This document shows positions 1 through 11,769 of a stretch of DNA of 64,000 nucleotides, in pieces. Each line of letters starts with the position of its first letter. Position 1 is the first letter of the stretch. Source of the DNA: Leucoraja ocellata (Eukaryota); assembly GCA_036785375.1 (NCBI GenBank), contig JAWMAR010000010.1, positions 6,510,001-6,574,000 on the forward strand, in the 5' to 3' direction. The notes under the pieces were generated by a model. That model was not told the DNA's origin. It made no database searches and saw only the letters and a list, made by a program, of their open reading frames with translations. Both the position numbers and the translations under genes were made by a program.

Positions 1-169
1 TGGTATTCAGGAGGCTTGTGAATTGGCAGGTGGGTATGCAGGCAATGGAGGGATATGAATTAAGAGCTGGCTGGTTAGAGTAGGTCTTGGCATCGTGTGC
101 AGCACAAACATCTCCGCGCGGCGGGGGGGGGGGGGGGGGGGGGGAGGCTTTACACAGTGCCGTCCGCTA

Positions 170-743
170 TGGCAGTTTCCAGGCTCCGACCACGGGAGAA
201 AAACGGATGAATATTCATTGCACTTTAACGGCTGCCATTGGAGTGAGAAATGGCTGATATTTATGTAGAAATTAATTGGTGTATGTGAACGTGAACTTGA
301 TCTAATTTATCTATGGTAGTGACAGTGTTATTCTCATTAACATTAAGAAGAGGTTGAAATTTTCTGAATTGAAGTCCATACAGACTTAATGACCATGAGA
401 TGTTTTTCTTGTAGCCTCTGCCTGACCCTCCACTTGAACTTGATCTAACTCATCAATGGACTTAGCAAAACTTATCAAAAGACTTGGAATCTGATGAAGA
501 ATATTCAGATGAAGATCAGATGTAATGTAAACAAATAAATTGGGGAAATAAATGATTATATAAAGTTTTATTTTAGTGTCGATCGTTTCACTGTTTAGTT
601 GGTCAAATTATTTAAACAATGTGTGAATTACGTATTATAATGGCATGCTGGTGAATGACAGTGCAACAGTCCACCCACTCATCCACACATACATATACAC
701 ATCCACACACACATATCCATCCGTACGTGCATTTCCATGCATG

Positions 744-775
<32 letters not shown>

Positions 776-818
776 GTGGGCCTGATGTGCCCCGCGGGCC
801 ATATTTTCGAGACTCCTG
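170..818. mobile_element. Probable non-autonomous hAT-type DNA transposon remnant containing a (CA)n microsatellite
   Basis: Ends in gcccgcgggccatattttcgagactcctg, resembling hAT/Charlie-type termini. (CA)n at 745-770. Left end uncertain. Confidence 0.35.
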
Positions 819-1744
819 CCTTACATGAACTAAACGAAAATGTACAGAAGAACAAACATTGATGACTTTATTATTGTGATAAGTATAGATCTATTTAAAA
901 CAATCTAATAACTTTCTAATGTACGGACAAAGTCTACCTTCCCAAGTGGCGTATCTTGTTCCGCTCCATGTCTGTGCCGCCGCTGCTGAAACTTGCTAAC
1001 GTGTAGAGAGAGTGAGGTAGCGTCAATTACGTCAATACGTAATTGACGGTCGCTCTTCCTCCACTGGGCTCAAGACACGCCCCCTTGTGAGGCAGATGTG
1101 ATCTCTGCCTCCCCTGGAGCTTTGTCAATGCAGATTTATGTGAGACCCGCGATCACAAATTTAATATCTTTATATGTGAAATACGTTACATGGACTATAG
1201 AAGGTAAGGACATGTAATGAAGGGGTTTACAAACATTACTTTGGTGACATGCATGGAGATGGTAACAGGCACACGCTTATTGCCCGCGCTCCATGCAGTT
1301 TCTAAGGGGTTGCGCAATCAATTCGCCGCTGCCTCACCTCCCATCTCTCCATATATTTGCAGCGGAGCTGCGTAAATTTGGCGATTTTTATTATAAAAAA
1401 AACATTATATTAATATAAAAATGACATTTATAACAGTGGAAAAATCTTTAAATTTATTTTATTTTATTATTATTTTTCTTTACTTTACTTAACAGCTATT
1501 TTCATTGGGAGTATGACAGGTGAGGCTCTGCCTGTCCCTGAAGACAAGAAAACACGCTTAGCTAGAGTAGAAAAAGTGAAATATGGGCCGGAATGAAATC
1601 TTTCAATAATCTCCAAGATACCGCCCTCTGCAAAGAGCGGTGTTCGCCATCTGCTCCAAGGAGCAGACCACTGGAGCTGTCCCGGTATAGTGATTCTCGT
1701 GACACAAAACGATCTCCTCCCCACCCTACTCCGGTGTCAGAGCG

Positions 1745-2265
1745 ATGGGGATCCTTTTAGCTTGTATCCTGTGTCTCTGTATATGCCCAGAGTACGGCTC
1801 ACACACTTCCACATTGTTCCGGTTTAGTGTAAATTTGTCCGTGGCTATTTTTTAAATGAATTTGAATCACCATCCGAGTTCAGTTGCTCGCCTCTGATGC
1901 CCATTCATGTCTCCCAGTGTATAACCGCCAGGCGTATTCAGGCATTCGGTGACGCAGAGTCCGACAGGGGTGACCGGGCAGTTTGTCTGTCCTTTACGAT
2001 CTCCTGCCACTTTCGGATTTGTTCGCTAAGTTCATACCGTTTTAACTCTGGACCCGTGTTCTAACAAACCCAGACCGTGGAAGAGCTGCAGCGGGTCATC
2101 GTGGGGGAACCGTGTGTCGTATCGACCAATAAAGCGGACATGACATTTACGCTGGAAATTCGGGACATGAGAGTTGGTGACTGCGCCAACTATCAATGCC
2201 AAGTTGCAGATAGCTGGACCGTATGGGGTTTGGATATGCACATTGGAATGGAAGGACGCATTTAA
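1745..2265 (+). pseudogene. Ig/TCR-type leader + V exon pseudogene, IgNAR-V / NAR-TCR-V-like, frameshifted
   Basis: Leader MGILLACILCLCICP starts at ATG 1745 with gtacgg at 1792. A short intron ends at acceptor ccgccAG (1931). The exon then reads (G)VFRHSVTQSPTGVTG / LSFTISCHF (Cys 2005) / W (2049) / VEELQRVIVGEPCVVSTNKADMTFTLEIRDMRVGDCANYQCQV (Cys 2197). These segments are in different frames. Confidence 0.7.
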
Positions 2266-2598
2266 ACGCTATATGATCAGAATCGGCCATCAGAATTAAA
2301 GGATTGTTGTATTAGTAACCTTGCTATCAAGTTCAATTTCATTGTAATTTTCTCTTTCTAAGTTATTTAACTGCCGTTTGGTTCCGACGTTCCTGATATT
2401 AACCGTGTCTAAACCATTTTATTAACCCATTGAGAGCTCCGTTCCTCAATGGGAACAAAATCATCCACTAGGCGTTTGGGAAACACGGAATATTATTTGT
2501 TCTTCTGAAGCACTGGAATAATTGGGCAGCGTTTCCTGTTGCTTTCCGGGTAAAATGGGGTGAGGACTTTCTTTTACCGGGAAGACTGAGGGCTGGAT

Positions 2599-2663
2599 CA
2601 CTGTGTATGACTGTCATGCTTACTATAAAAATGGAGCGGGGGCAAGCATGATTTTCACGCCGG
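2599..2663 (+). pseudogene. Candidate J segment preceded by an RSS heptamer
   Basis: Perfect CACTGTG at 2599-2605 is followed by YDCHAYYKNGAGASMIFTP, which has a G-A-G motif like IgNAR J ('DGAGTVLTVNP'). The nonamer is degenerate (T-rich, ~22-23 nt upstream) and there is no intact GT donor. Confidence 0.45.
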
Positions 2664-3505
2664 AGAGCATCCTAAAAGCGCTCTTTATATCCATTGCCCA
2701 GGAATAATCAGTGTAGTCGAAAATTGGGATCGTGTGACATCAATGTCCGTCTAAGTGAAGCAACCCCAATTTCTAAATTCATCTTGCAAAATGGCCCATG
2801 GCAGAGGGCGACAGGTCTGGTGTGAGATCCGAGACAGCAGACTGGTGCACTTCTGAATCAGAAGGGTTGTGGATTTTGATGGACAATAAATGCCAGACTT
2901 GTCAGCCATGCACGCATACCAGTAAATGGATAAAATAAACGGAGCACCAGAGTGTCGGGGTGCACACTGATGTGCGTCGCAAGTATTAATGAACAGAAAA
3001 TGATGGGCTTATACGAGTTCCCCAGATGGGGTTGTTTGGGGAACGGGGAAGACATACCGACTTTGAATGTACTCAAATCCAAGAGATTTCTGACATGAGG
3101 GGTGTCCAATGGGGAACGGTTTTAGGATGGGTCCACGTGCTCTATGAGTGTGAGAATACCAGATGCAATCTCTTTATTGTTTACAATCCACAGAGCAAAG
3201 TTGATAGGGCAGACGTTGAGCTGTGCGTTAGTCGGAAATCCCCGCGAAAACAGCACAGACTCAAAGCAACTGACAACTGAGTGCGGGAATAATTTTCAGG
3301 AGGGGAAAATATGAACTGTAGGAAGCGAGAGGCGAGGGGTGAAGTACAACGGGATCTGAGGGACCTTGTTCATCAGTCAATGAAAGTAAGCATGCAGGTA
3401 CAACAGGCAGTGAAGAAAGCGAATGGCGCGTTGGCCTTCGTAACAAGAGGAGTTGAGTACAATACTTAAATACTTCAACAATAAGAACAAACGTTTCCTG
3501 ACATT

Positions 3506-4291
3506 TGTAGCGAACAGAATCTCTGTTTGATCGGACATGGGGGTAGAAGTGTCATCCTGTCAAAACTTTGGACTTTTGTGTTTTGGACTATATACTGGGT
3601 ATCATGCCTGATGTTAAGGGTTTTAAGCGTACAGTACTAAGAATAAGAATAACGTTTTAATAAGACGAATAACCAAGTTATGCTTGCTTCTATAACGCGA
3701 AGGTGAAGGAAGAATAGCTGAAGAATTCTGAATGCTGATATATCATGGATGCTATTTTTTGATTTTTGAAATATGTTAATGTTTTATTGCTACCTTTTTA
3801 AATATATTGCTACCGTTTAACTATATTTTATTAATTGCCTCGTTATATACTCAGAACAATTAGGGACCGGTATGTAGTAGTCATTTAGCTAAACTCAGTA
3901 TGTTATAACTAGAATTAGTTACCTTTAACTTTTATCTGCCTGTGTGGGTGGGGTTTTTCACGGTTGGAGCGGTGTTTGCGGCTGGGAATCTGGCACAGAC
4001 GTTATAGTAATTATAGTTTAGTTTAGTTTTAAGAAGCATGGGAAGAGGTCACAGTTTGAACCATGCACGAGTTCCACCATGCGCGAATTTGACAACGTGT
4101 AAGATCAAAATGTATTTAAACAAGAAGACATGGATGAATATCTACTGTTTTACTACTGCAATAAAGGAACTATTAATTAAGAGGCTGTGTTTGGGAGATG
4201 TATCATTCAACGGCATTAAATATATCGTGGAACGCTCACCAATGCGTTTCGATTATCCCCTGAATCCCTGGCTTCAATCATAGTGACTACA
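3506..4291 (+). mobile_element. Probable solo LTR
   Basis: TGTAG...CTACA termini, ~790 bp, AATAAA at 4160. No target-site duplication found. Confidence 0.45.
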
Positions 4292-4339
4292 GTAAAGATT
4301 CCTTGAACGATATGAAAATCTGTCACTACAAGGTGCTCA

Positions 4340-4695
4340 AAAAGCCTGTTGGCACTTTAGCCTTTCATCAATCACAGTATTGAATATAGGAGTTGGGAGG
4401 TCATGCTGCAGTTGTATAAAACGTTGGTGAGACCGCATTTAGAATATGTTGTTATGTTCTGGGCATCATGTTATAGGAAATATTTTGTCAAATTTGAAAG
4501 GGTTCAGAAAAGATTTACGATGATGTTGCCAGGTCTAGAGGGTGTGAGCTGTGGGGAGGGTTGAGTAGGCTGGGTCTCTATTCCATGGGAGCAGGAGGAT
4601 GAATGATGATCTAAAAGAGCTGTATAAAATCATTAGAAGAAGATACACAGAGACCCTTTCTAGAGTAGTTGCATCGAGGACCCGAGGACCTAGGA
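4340..4695 (+). mobile_element. CR1-clade LINE 3' fragment
   Basis: Decayed LYKTLVRPHLEY / RVQKRFT coding motifs. Confidence 0.75.
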
Positions 4696-5359
4696 TTCCT
4701 CCTGATCTTTCCCCCTGAATAATGTAAATATGACCACTCAGAAGAGCGTTTCTATTTCATTTTTCAACGGGGCCTACTGGAAACACCTGGAACGAAATGG
4801 AAAATGGGTAGATTAGGTCAGTGTATGGGAACTGTAGCTCAAGGTCTCAAAAAATAAATAAAGATAGACACAAAAAGCTGAAAAAGGTCTCGACTCGAAA
4901 CGCCACCCATTCCGTCTCTCCGGAGATGCTGCCTGTCCCTCTGAGTTATTCCAAATTTCTGTGTCTACCTTCGGTTTAAAACGGTATTTGCAGTTCTTCA
5001 TACACACTCCACATCAATGATTTCATCGTATCGTGCGTTGTGACTGATATTTTGTCCGACCTTTCGACAGCTGCAACCTCGTGGAACATATTTAAATTTC
5101 GAAATATTATTAGCAAACCTACTTTACAGTTGGTTTGTTCCGTGCGTGATGAATTGGTGCATGTGCAATGAACGACTACCCTCGTGATTGTTGTCGTATA
5201 ACATCACACGGGAGCAAAATCCGTAATGAATGTCCACAGGGAGGTAATCTCAATAAATCGTTAATCTTTTACTTGGCTTATAAATGTTCAGTGGTTTAAC
5301 CTCCCACTATAACATCTGTAAGTTTTGTACTGCGTTTGCGAGGTCGCTGTGAAGGAGAA

Positions 5360-5429
5360 ATGGGTCGCCTGCAACACTTGCCGGTTGAATATTACTATTA
5401 CCCAATCCTGGCATCAATTGGAGTGCCGG
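5360..5429 (+). CDS. GPR139-like class A GPCR, exon 1
   Basis: ATG 5360 gives MGRLQHLPVEYYYYPILASIGVP, then G|gtaggt phase-1 donor. It supplies the first half of TM1 missing from the 6181 ORF. Confidence 0.85.
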
Positions 5430-6181
5430 GTAGGTCACTTGACGGTTACATGTGCTGGACGACATTTGATTGGGAAACGGCAATGATGAAAATAAAGTGA
5501 AAATACTGTGACAAAACGTGCTAAATGTTCGGTTGCACCATGGAACGGGGTTTGGGGAATAACATGAATGTATTTATTTCATCGTTTGCCGTTTACTGGG
5601 ACTGGTATAAAATTGTTCTTGTATTATTGTTTAGAGTCAAGTCGAGTCAAGAGTCAATAGTGTTTTATTGTCAAATGTCCCGGACGGGACAATGAAATTC
5701 TTAACTGCTGCTATACCTAACAGAATATGTGAATGTGTGATCATTGTATATAATGAGGAAGAAATAAAAAGTTCAATGACTAACAAATATAGTGCACATA
5801 GCAAATAATAATATAGTATTTTGCTGTTCAGAGCTCATAGCTTATTCGTTGCGTTTAATAGCCTGATGGCTGTGGGGAAATAGCTGTTGCTAAACCTGGA
5901 CGTTACAGTCTTCAGGCGCCTTTAACTTCTGCCTGATGGCAGTGGTGAGATAAGTGTGTGGCTAGGATGGTGTTTCTCTGTTGATTTATTCACTGTTAGG
6001 TGGAATGTTTATTCGTGAGCGCAGTGTCAGGGATCGCATTCAAAACAAAGGAATCCCCGTCCATCACATCCATTTCACAATTTTAGGAAAGTAAGCAAAA
6101 TATTAATATATACCCACCCATCACTCAACTGGAAGTTATTCTGTCCACATAATCACCATTGCTTCTTTCTTACTCCATTAG

Positions 6182-7080
6182 TGAATCTACTGGCGATTGT
6201 GGTCCTGTCCCGAGGAAAGTGCGGTCTCTCCAAATGCATCACTCGTTATCTGGTGGCTATGGCGACGGCGGACCTCACGGTGATTGTCTGCGAAGTGATT
6301 TTAAATCGGATTGTAGTTCTTTATTGGTGGAACACAATCCTGTACTACACACCTGTGTGCAGGTGTATTCTCTTCCTGTCCGCAGCGGCAGTAGACTGTT
6401 CCGTGTGGTTCACGGTCGCTTTCACATTTGATAGGTTTGTGGCCATCTCCAAACCGAATCTGAGATCCAGATACTGCACCGACAGAACCGCGGCGGTGGT
6501 TATGGTGACCCTATGTGCCTTCTTCTGTTTACAGAACGTTCCCTGGCCTTTCGCCTATGATTCTTTCCTAATGCAGATTGGCTGCCGAATCCGATGGGAC
6601 TTCTATTACCTGCCCGCATGGATCGCATTTTCTTGGATGGAGCCGCTGTTGACCCCAGTGATTCCATTCTGTTTGATTTTGTTTTTTAATGCGCACACGG
6701 CGAGACGTATTTTAATGGCCAATCGGGTCCGCAGGAGGCTCCGCGATCTCAGTCGTGGAGACCCGGAGACAGAAAGCCGTAAACGGTCAATCATTTTACT
6801 CTTTGCAATTTCCAGCAGCTTTATCCTGCTCTGGGTCACAACTGTATCTCATTTTGTTTACTATCGATGTGTCACCGGAATTTGGGGGCGAGGTTTCACA
6901 AACCCATATGCAAAATTTGAAAAAATTGGAGTTCTGCTGCAGCTGCTGAACACGTGTACAAACACACTGATTTACACCGTCACCCAGGGGAAGTTCAGAG
7001 AGCAGCTCCTTCACGCAATTCAATGGCCCGTTGCGTTAACTGGAACGTTTGTGCAAAATATCAAATCATTTTTAAAATGA
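6182..7080 (+). CDS. GPR139/GPR142-like class A GPCR, exon 2 (spliced product 322 aa)
   Basis: Polypyrimidine tract and AG at 6180-6181, in phase with exon 1 (GVP-V-NLL). 7TM pattern with YLVAMATADL, SVWFTVAFTFDRFVAI and NTCTNTLIY. Stop TGA ends at 7080. Confidence 0.9.
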
Positions 7081-8639
7081 CATCAGGTAACACGTCACCC
7101 GAGTGTTACATTATGGATCTCTGGTGAAGAGAGGGCATTGAACGAAAATCTCACCTATCTTTCAAAAAACATTTTTAAAAATGTCACTCACATTCGGCTA
7201 AAACAATAATATCCCCGCACATGACAGCGTAGAGCGGTTTTGGCAGCCCCACCGGTCCCCAGGCCCGCCCCCTGCCCTTTAAATTGAACACCGCCTATTT
7301 CCGTGTAGGGCGAACTGCGGGTCCCGATGTTCACTTCTACTGGAGCGGACGCCCGGTATTTCCAGTTGAAAAATCTGCGACATCTCTGATTTCCTTTCAA
7401 TCCAGCAGCCGCCCTATTCGGCTCTAAATGCAAAACCTTTAAGTTTCCCGATGCGTTCCGCGTCCTTCGCACTTGAATTCTTACTCATGTGGGTGCCCAA
7501 GTCACAACTTTACTTGATGACATTAACGTAGAGTGCGTCTCCCACATTCCAGCGGCAACATTCAACTGAACGGGAGTTTCATTGTATTCTTTGTGCCCCC
7601 TTTCAACAGAACCCGTTATTCCCATTTAGAGGCGCTTTCGGATTACATTGCACTAATTAACTAAACAATAGATGAAAGTAACGAGAATTGCTGATATTCA
7701 TACAAGCCAGTGTAGATACATATTCTATATTATTAGATAAAGGAGATATTGACAGTCTACAGATTTTACCGCGGTAATGTGCATAGATATGATTGATATG
7801 CAGAATATCTGACGGTTTGTGCACCTAAATGTCCCATCTGCCATGTAGAGATTGGCTCTCTCGCTGTCTCTTCTCTGCTGAATGGATACTGGCTGGTTAT
7901 ATAACCCATTCTTCAAATATCTTTGCAGTATTACACGTTACATCTGAACATTCAAATTCAGGAACCACATGTGGACCAGATTGACGAATCCTGACAGACC
8001 TCACGACATTCACATAACACCTGGACAAAAATGACGCGTGGTTCTGTGAGGTATTGTCAGCATTTTGCCAGTGACACCGGGCGAGTTATCTTCCCACAGT
8101 CACGATTGTTTTATTATCCTCTGTTCTAAAGCGGAACAACGAAGAATGTACTCGCAGCACCACAACAGACAAGTAAACATCATACTGTGCAAAAGTTCCA
8201 TTATCCGAGGATATGACAGCCCAGCCATCCCGGGAATTAACCTAGGAAACTTACGCTACACTCCGTCAATAGCAAGAATGTCCTTCCTCAAATTAGGGGA
8301 CATGTAATGTCATGACTCCTTTAATGGAGTTATATTGTAAATGCTTCATTATCAAGAGTTTTTTCCAATGTGCTCCACGAGATGCCGATTTACATTAAAC
8401 CGTGACATCGGGAAGGGAGCTGTCGCTCTCGGTGAATATGTTCCAGATTCGTTGTTCGTTCGTTTTGACATGCTCTCCAAGGTCCCGTTAAACAGCTCGC
8501 AGAACTAATGTTACATAGGAATTAAATGCCCATGACAGACATATGACTTTTTCTCTTGTTATCAACTAAACAAATATGTGTTATTTAAGGTAATGGTTAT
8601 ATTGTAATCAATCTCTTTATCCCAGGAGGTTGCAGGCAG

Positions 8640-9715
8640 TTCCTTGTGACATAGGAAAACGAATTTACGATGCCGAACTTCATTAACTTCACAACTAATT
8701 TCCATCCCGCACAGAATTCACTTGGGCCAATTCCGATATCTCCCGACCGTTTCTTCTTCTCACCGTCTCTATCACGGGAGATAGACTATCGACGGGCATC
8801 TACTATAAACCTACTGACTCCCACAGCTATCTTGACTACATTTCTTCCCACTCTGCCTCCTGTAAAGACTCTATCCCCTACTCCCAATTCCTCCGTCTGC
8901 GCTGCATCTGCGCCCACGTTTAAGTGTTCCATACCATGACATCTGAGATGTACTCATTCTCTATTCACCAGGGTTCACCTCTTACATTATAGATTAGTCC
9001 CTCACTGAGGTCTTCTCGATATCCCGCAGCTCTGCCCTTGCTCCCCCACCCCAGTCGCAACAGGGACAGTATCTCCCAGTCCGCACATTTCACCCCATCA
9101 GCCATCGTACAAGCATATGATCCTCCGATATATCCGCCACCTCTAACGATATCCTACCACGAGCAATATCTTCCCATCTTCAGCCCTATCCTTTTTCCGC
9201 AGAGACCGGTTCCTCCAAAACTCACTGGTTAACATGTCCTTCCCGTTAATAATCTAGCTTCCTAGCTACTTTCCCCTGCAACCGCGGGAGCTACAACGGC
9301 TGTCCCTATACCTCCTCCGTCCAAGGACTCGGACAGTCTTTTCGGTTATGGCAGAGATTCACGTGCATCTCCTCCAACCTCATCTACAGTGTCCGCTGTT
9401 CCAGGTGTTGGCTCCTATATGTGGGCGACTACAAGCGAAGGCTCTGTGTTCGTTTCGCTGACCACCTTATCTCTGTCCACCTGGAACTGCCCGATCTCCC
9501 GCTTGCCAAATACTTTAATTCCCATTCCCATTCCCACACTAACCTTTGGCTCCTAGGCCGCCTCCATTGTCAGAGCGAGGCCATACCCGAATTGGAGGAC
9601 CAGCATCTCATATTTCGCTTAGACAGCTTACAACCCAGTGGTATGAAAATTGATTTCTCCCACTTCAAGTAACCTCTGCATTCTCTCTCTCTCCATCTCT
9701 CCCCCACCTAAGTCG
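8640..9715 (+). mobile_element. Penelope-like retroelement (RT C-terminus + GIY-YIG endonuclease), degraded
   Basis: FINFTTNFHP, YYKPTDSHSYLDY, KDSIPYSQFLRLRRIC and YVGDYKRRLCVRFADH..QHLIFRLDSLQPSGMKIDF, read across frameshifts. Confidence 0.85.
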
Positions 9716-9799
9716 CAGTTTATTCCAAATCATCTTCTTCAGTCTCATAGTCTACAAGTCGTACAAACCTACGAAACTTTTTGCATATCTTAAAAACAC

Positions 9800-11200
9800 A
9801 AAAACATAGAGAAATAGGTGCAGGAGTAAGCGATATTTTTCCTCATCCCGGTCCTAAGTGGGCTCTCCTTATTCTAAAATTGGGACCTCTAGTTTTTGAC
9901 TTCATCAACATCGGGAACATTTTACATGCATGCAGCCTGTCCAATCATTTAACAAGGTTATATGCTTCTATAAGATCGCCTTCCATCCTTCTAATCTCCA
10001 GGAAATACAAGCCCAGTTCACCCATTATTTTGTCATATGTCAGTCCCGCCATACCCGGAATTAACCTACGGCACAGCCACGCAATAACATGAATGTCGTT
10101 CCTCAAATTAGAAGGCCACAATTGCACACAATACTCCAGGTGCGGTCTCACCAGGTACAAATGCAGTGGGACTTCTTTGCTCCTGTACTCATCCTCTCGC
10201 AATGAAGGCCAACATGCCATTAGATTTCATCACTGCCTGCTGTACATGCACGCTCACGTTCAATGACGAATGGACAAGCACACCCAGTTTTCGTTGCACC
10301 TCCACTTTTCCAAATCTGACAACATAACGACAGTAACCTCGTCCAAATCCTTAATATATATTGTAAATAACTGGGTCCCAGCACCAGTACCCCACTAGTC
10401 ACTGCATTCTTTCATTCGTCTATTCTATATGTCCCAACATCACCGTCTGGATATGTCGGTTCCATTTCTCCTTGCTCTCCTGTCAGAAGCACACTGCGAA
10501 CCTGATCAAGTTCAGTGTCATTGTTTCCTCGCTGATCTTCTGCACATAGACGTTAGAGAAAGTGTGTAGAAACAGGCCCTTTGGCCCACCGAGGTCGTAT
10601 CCAGGTGGGGTACTGGTGCTGGGACCCTGTTATTTACAATATATATTAAGGATTTGACCGAGGTTACTATCGTTATGGTGTCAGATTTGGGAAAGGGGAG
10701 TTGCAACGAAACCTGGGTACACTGGGTCGTACCCAGCGATCACATCGTACATTTACACTATCCTACACACTTGGGACAATGTCAAATTTACAGATATCAA
10801 TTAATCTACCAACCTGTACATATTTGGAATGCATTGGAATGGAATGGGATGGAATGGAATGGAATGATTTATTGTCACATGTGACAAGACACCAAACCTT
10901 TTCCAAATCTGACACCATTACGATAGTAATCCGCCTTCCTGTTCTTGCCACTAAAATGTATACTCTCAAATATATCCAAATGGTAATGCATCTGTCATGC
11001 ATCTGCCCACTCACCCAACCTATCCAAGTCACCCTGCAGCCTCCTAGCATCCTCATCCCATCTCAAACTACCATCCAACTGAGTGTCATCCGCAAACTTT
11101 GAGATGTCACATTTAATTCCCTCGTCCAAATCTTAATTTTGGATTGTAAATAATGGGGTTCCAAGTGCCGAGCCTTGCGGCACCCCACTAGTCACTGCAT
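9800..11200 (-). mobile_element. Rearranged CR1 LINE fragments with local direct and inverted duplications and a SINE piece
   Basis: RPHLEYCVQ and LIPGMAGLTY motifs. 10307-10394 is inverted at 10606-10693. Confidence 0.8.
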
Positions 11201-11272
11201 TCTTTCACTCATCTATTCTATATCTCCCTACCTCACCGTCTGTATATTACATTTCCATTTCCCTGATTATCC

Positions 11273-11306
11273 GGTCTGAAGAAGGGACTCGACCCGAAAC
11301 GTCACC
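11273..11306 (+). ncRNA. Minimal type I hammerhead ribozyme motif (Penelope-associated)
   Basis: GGT-CTGAAGA-A-GGG(actcga)CCC-GAAAC-GTC-ACC gives the core boxes, stem II, a palindromic stem III and a 3-bp stem I. Confidence 0.6.
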
Positions 11307-11769
11307 TATTCCTTTTCTCCAGAGATGCTGGCTCACCCGCTTAGTTACTGGAAGCTTTTTGTGTCTATCTTCGATCCTCGCTATGACATTATGTTTAAAA
11401 TAAAACGCATGGCGACTCGCACAATGCACACCACTCCTCGAGACTTCTCATCAGACCTATTACTAAATGGAGTAAAACATCTTTACCCAGTAGTCAAGGC
11501 CTCTCGTTAGAAAGACCAATGCAACATGTGGCTCATCACGGTTGCGAGCTGTTTTATTTTATTTTTAACAACTCTTTTATTGGCATTCCACGGCAAACAC
11601 ATTTCCATAAAACGGGTTTCAGGTATAATGCTATATGTACACATCATCCATTTATGTTTGCCTTCAATTGCCACTTTTTGAGAATTGTACAAAACAAATA
11701 TAGAAACAGGAATACAGTAAAAACTACAAACAGTTAGGGAGTGATTCTTTCTTTACCATATAATTAACA

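Noticed and set aside
2700-3290. Possible Ig constant exon downstream of the J-like segment
   Set aside because: No C1-set Cys/Trp pattern could be read in the frames examined.
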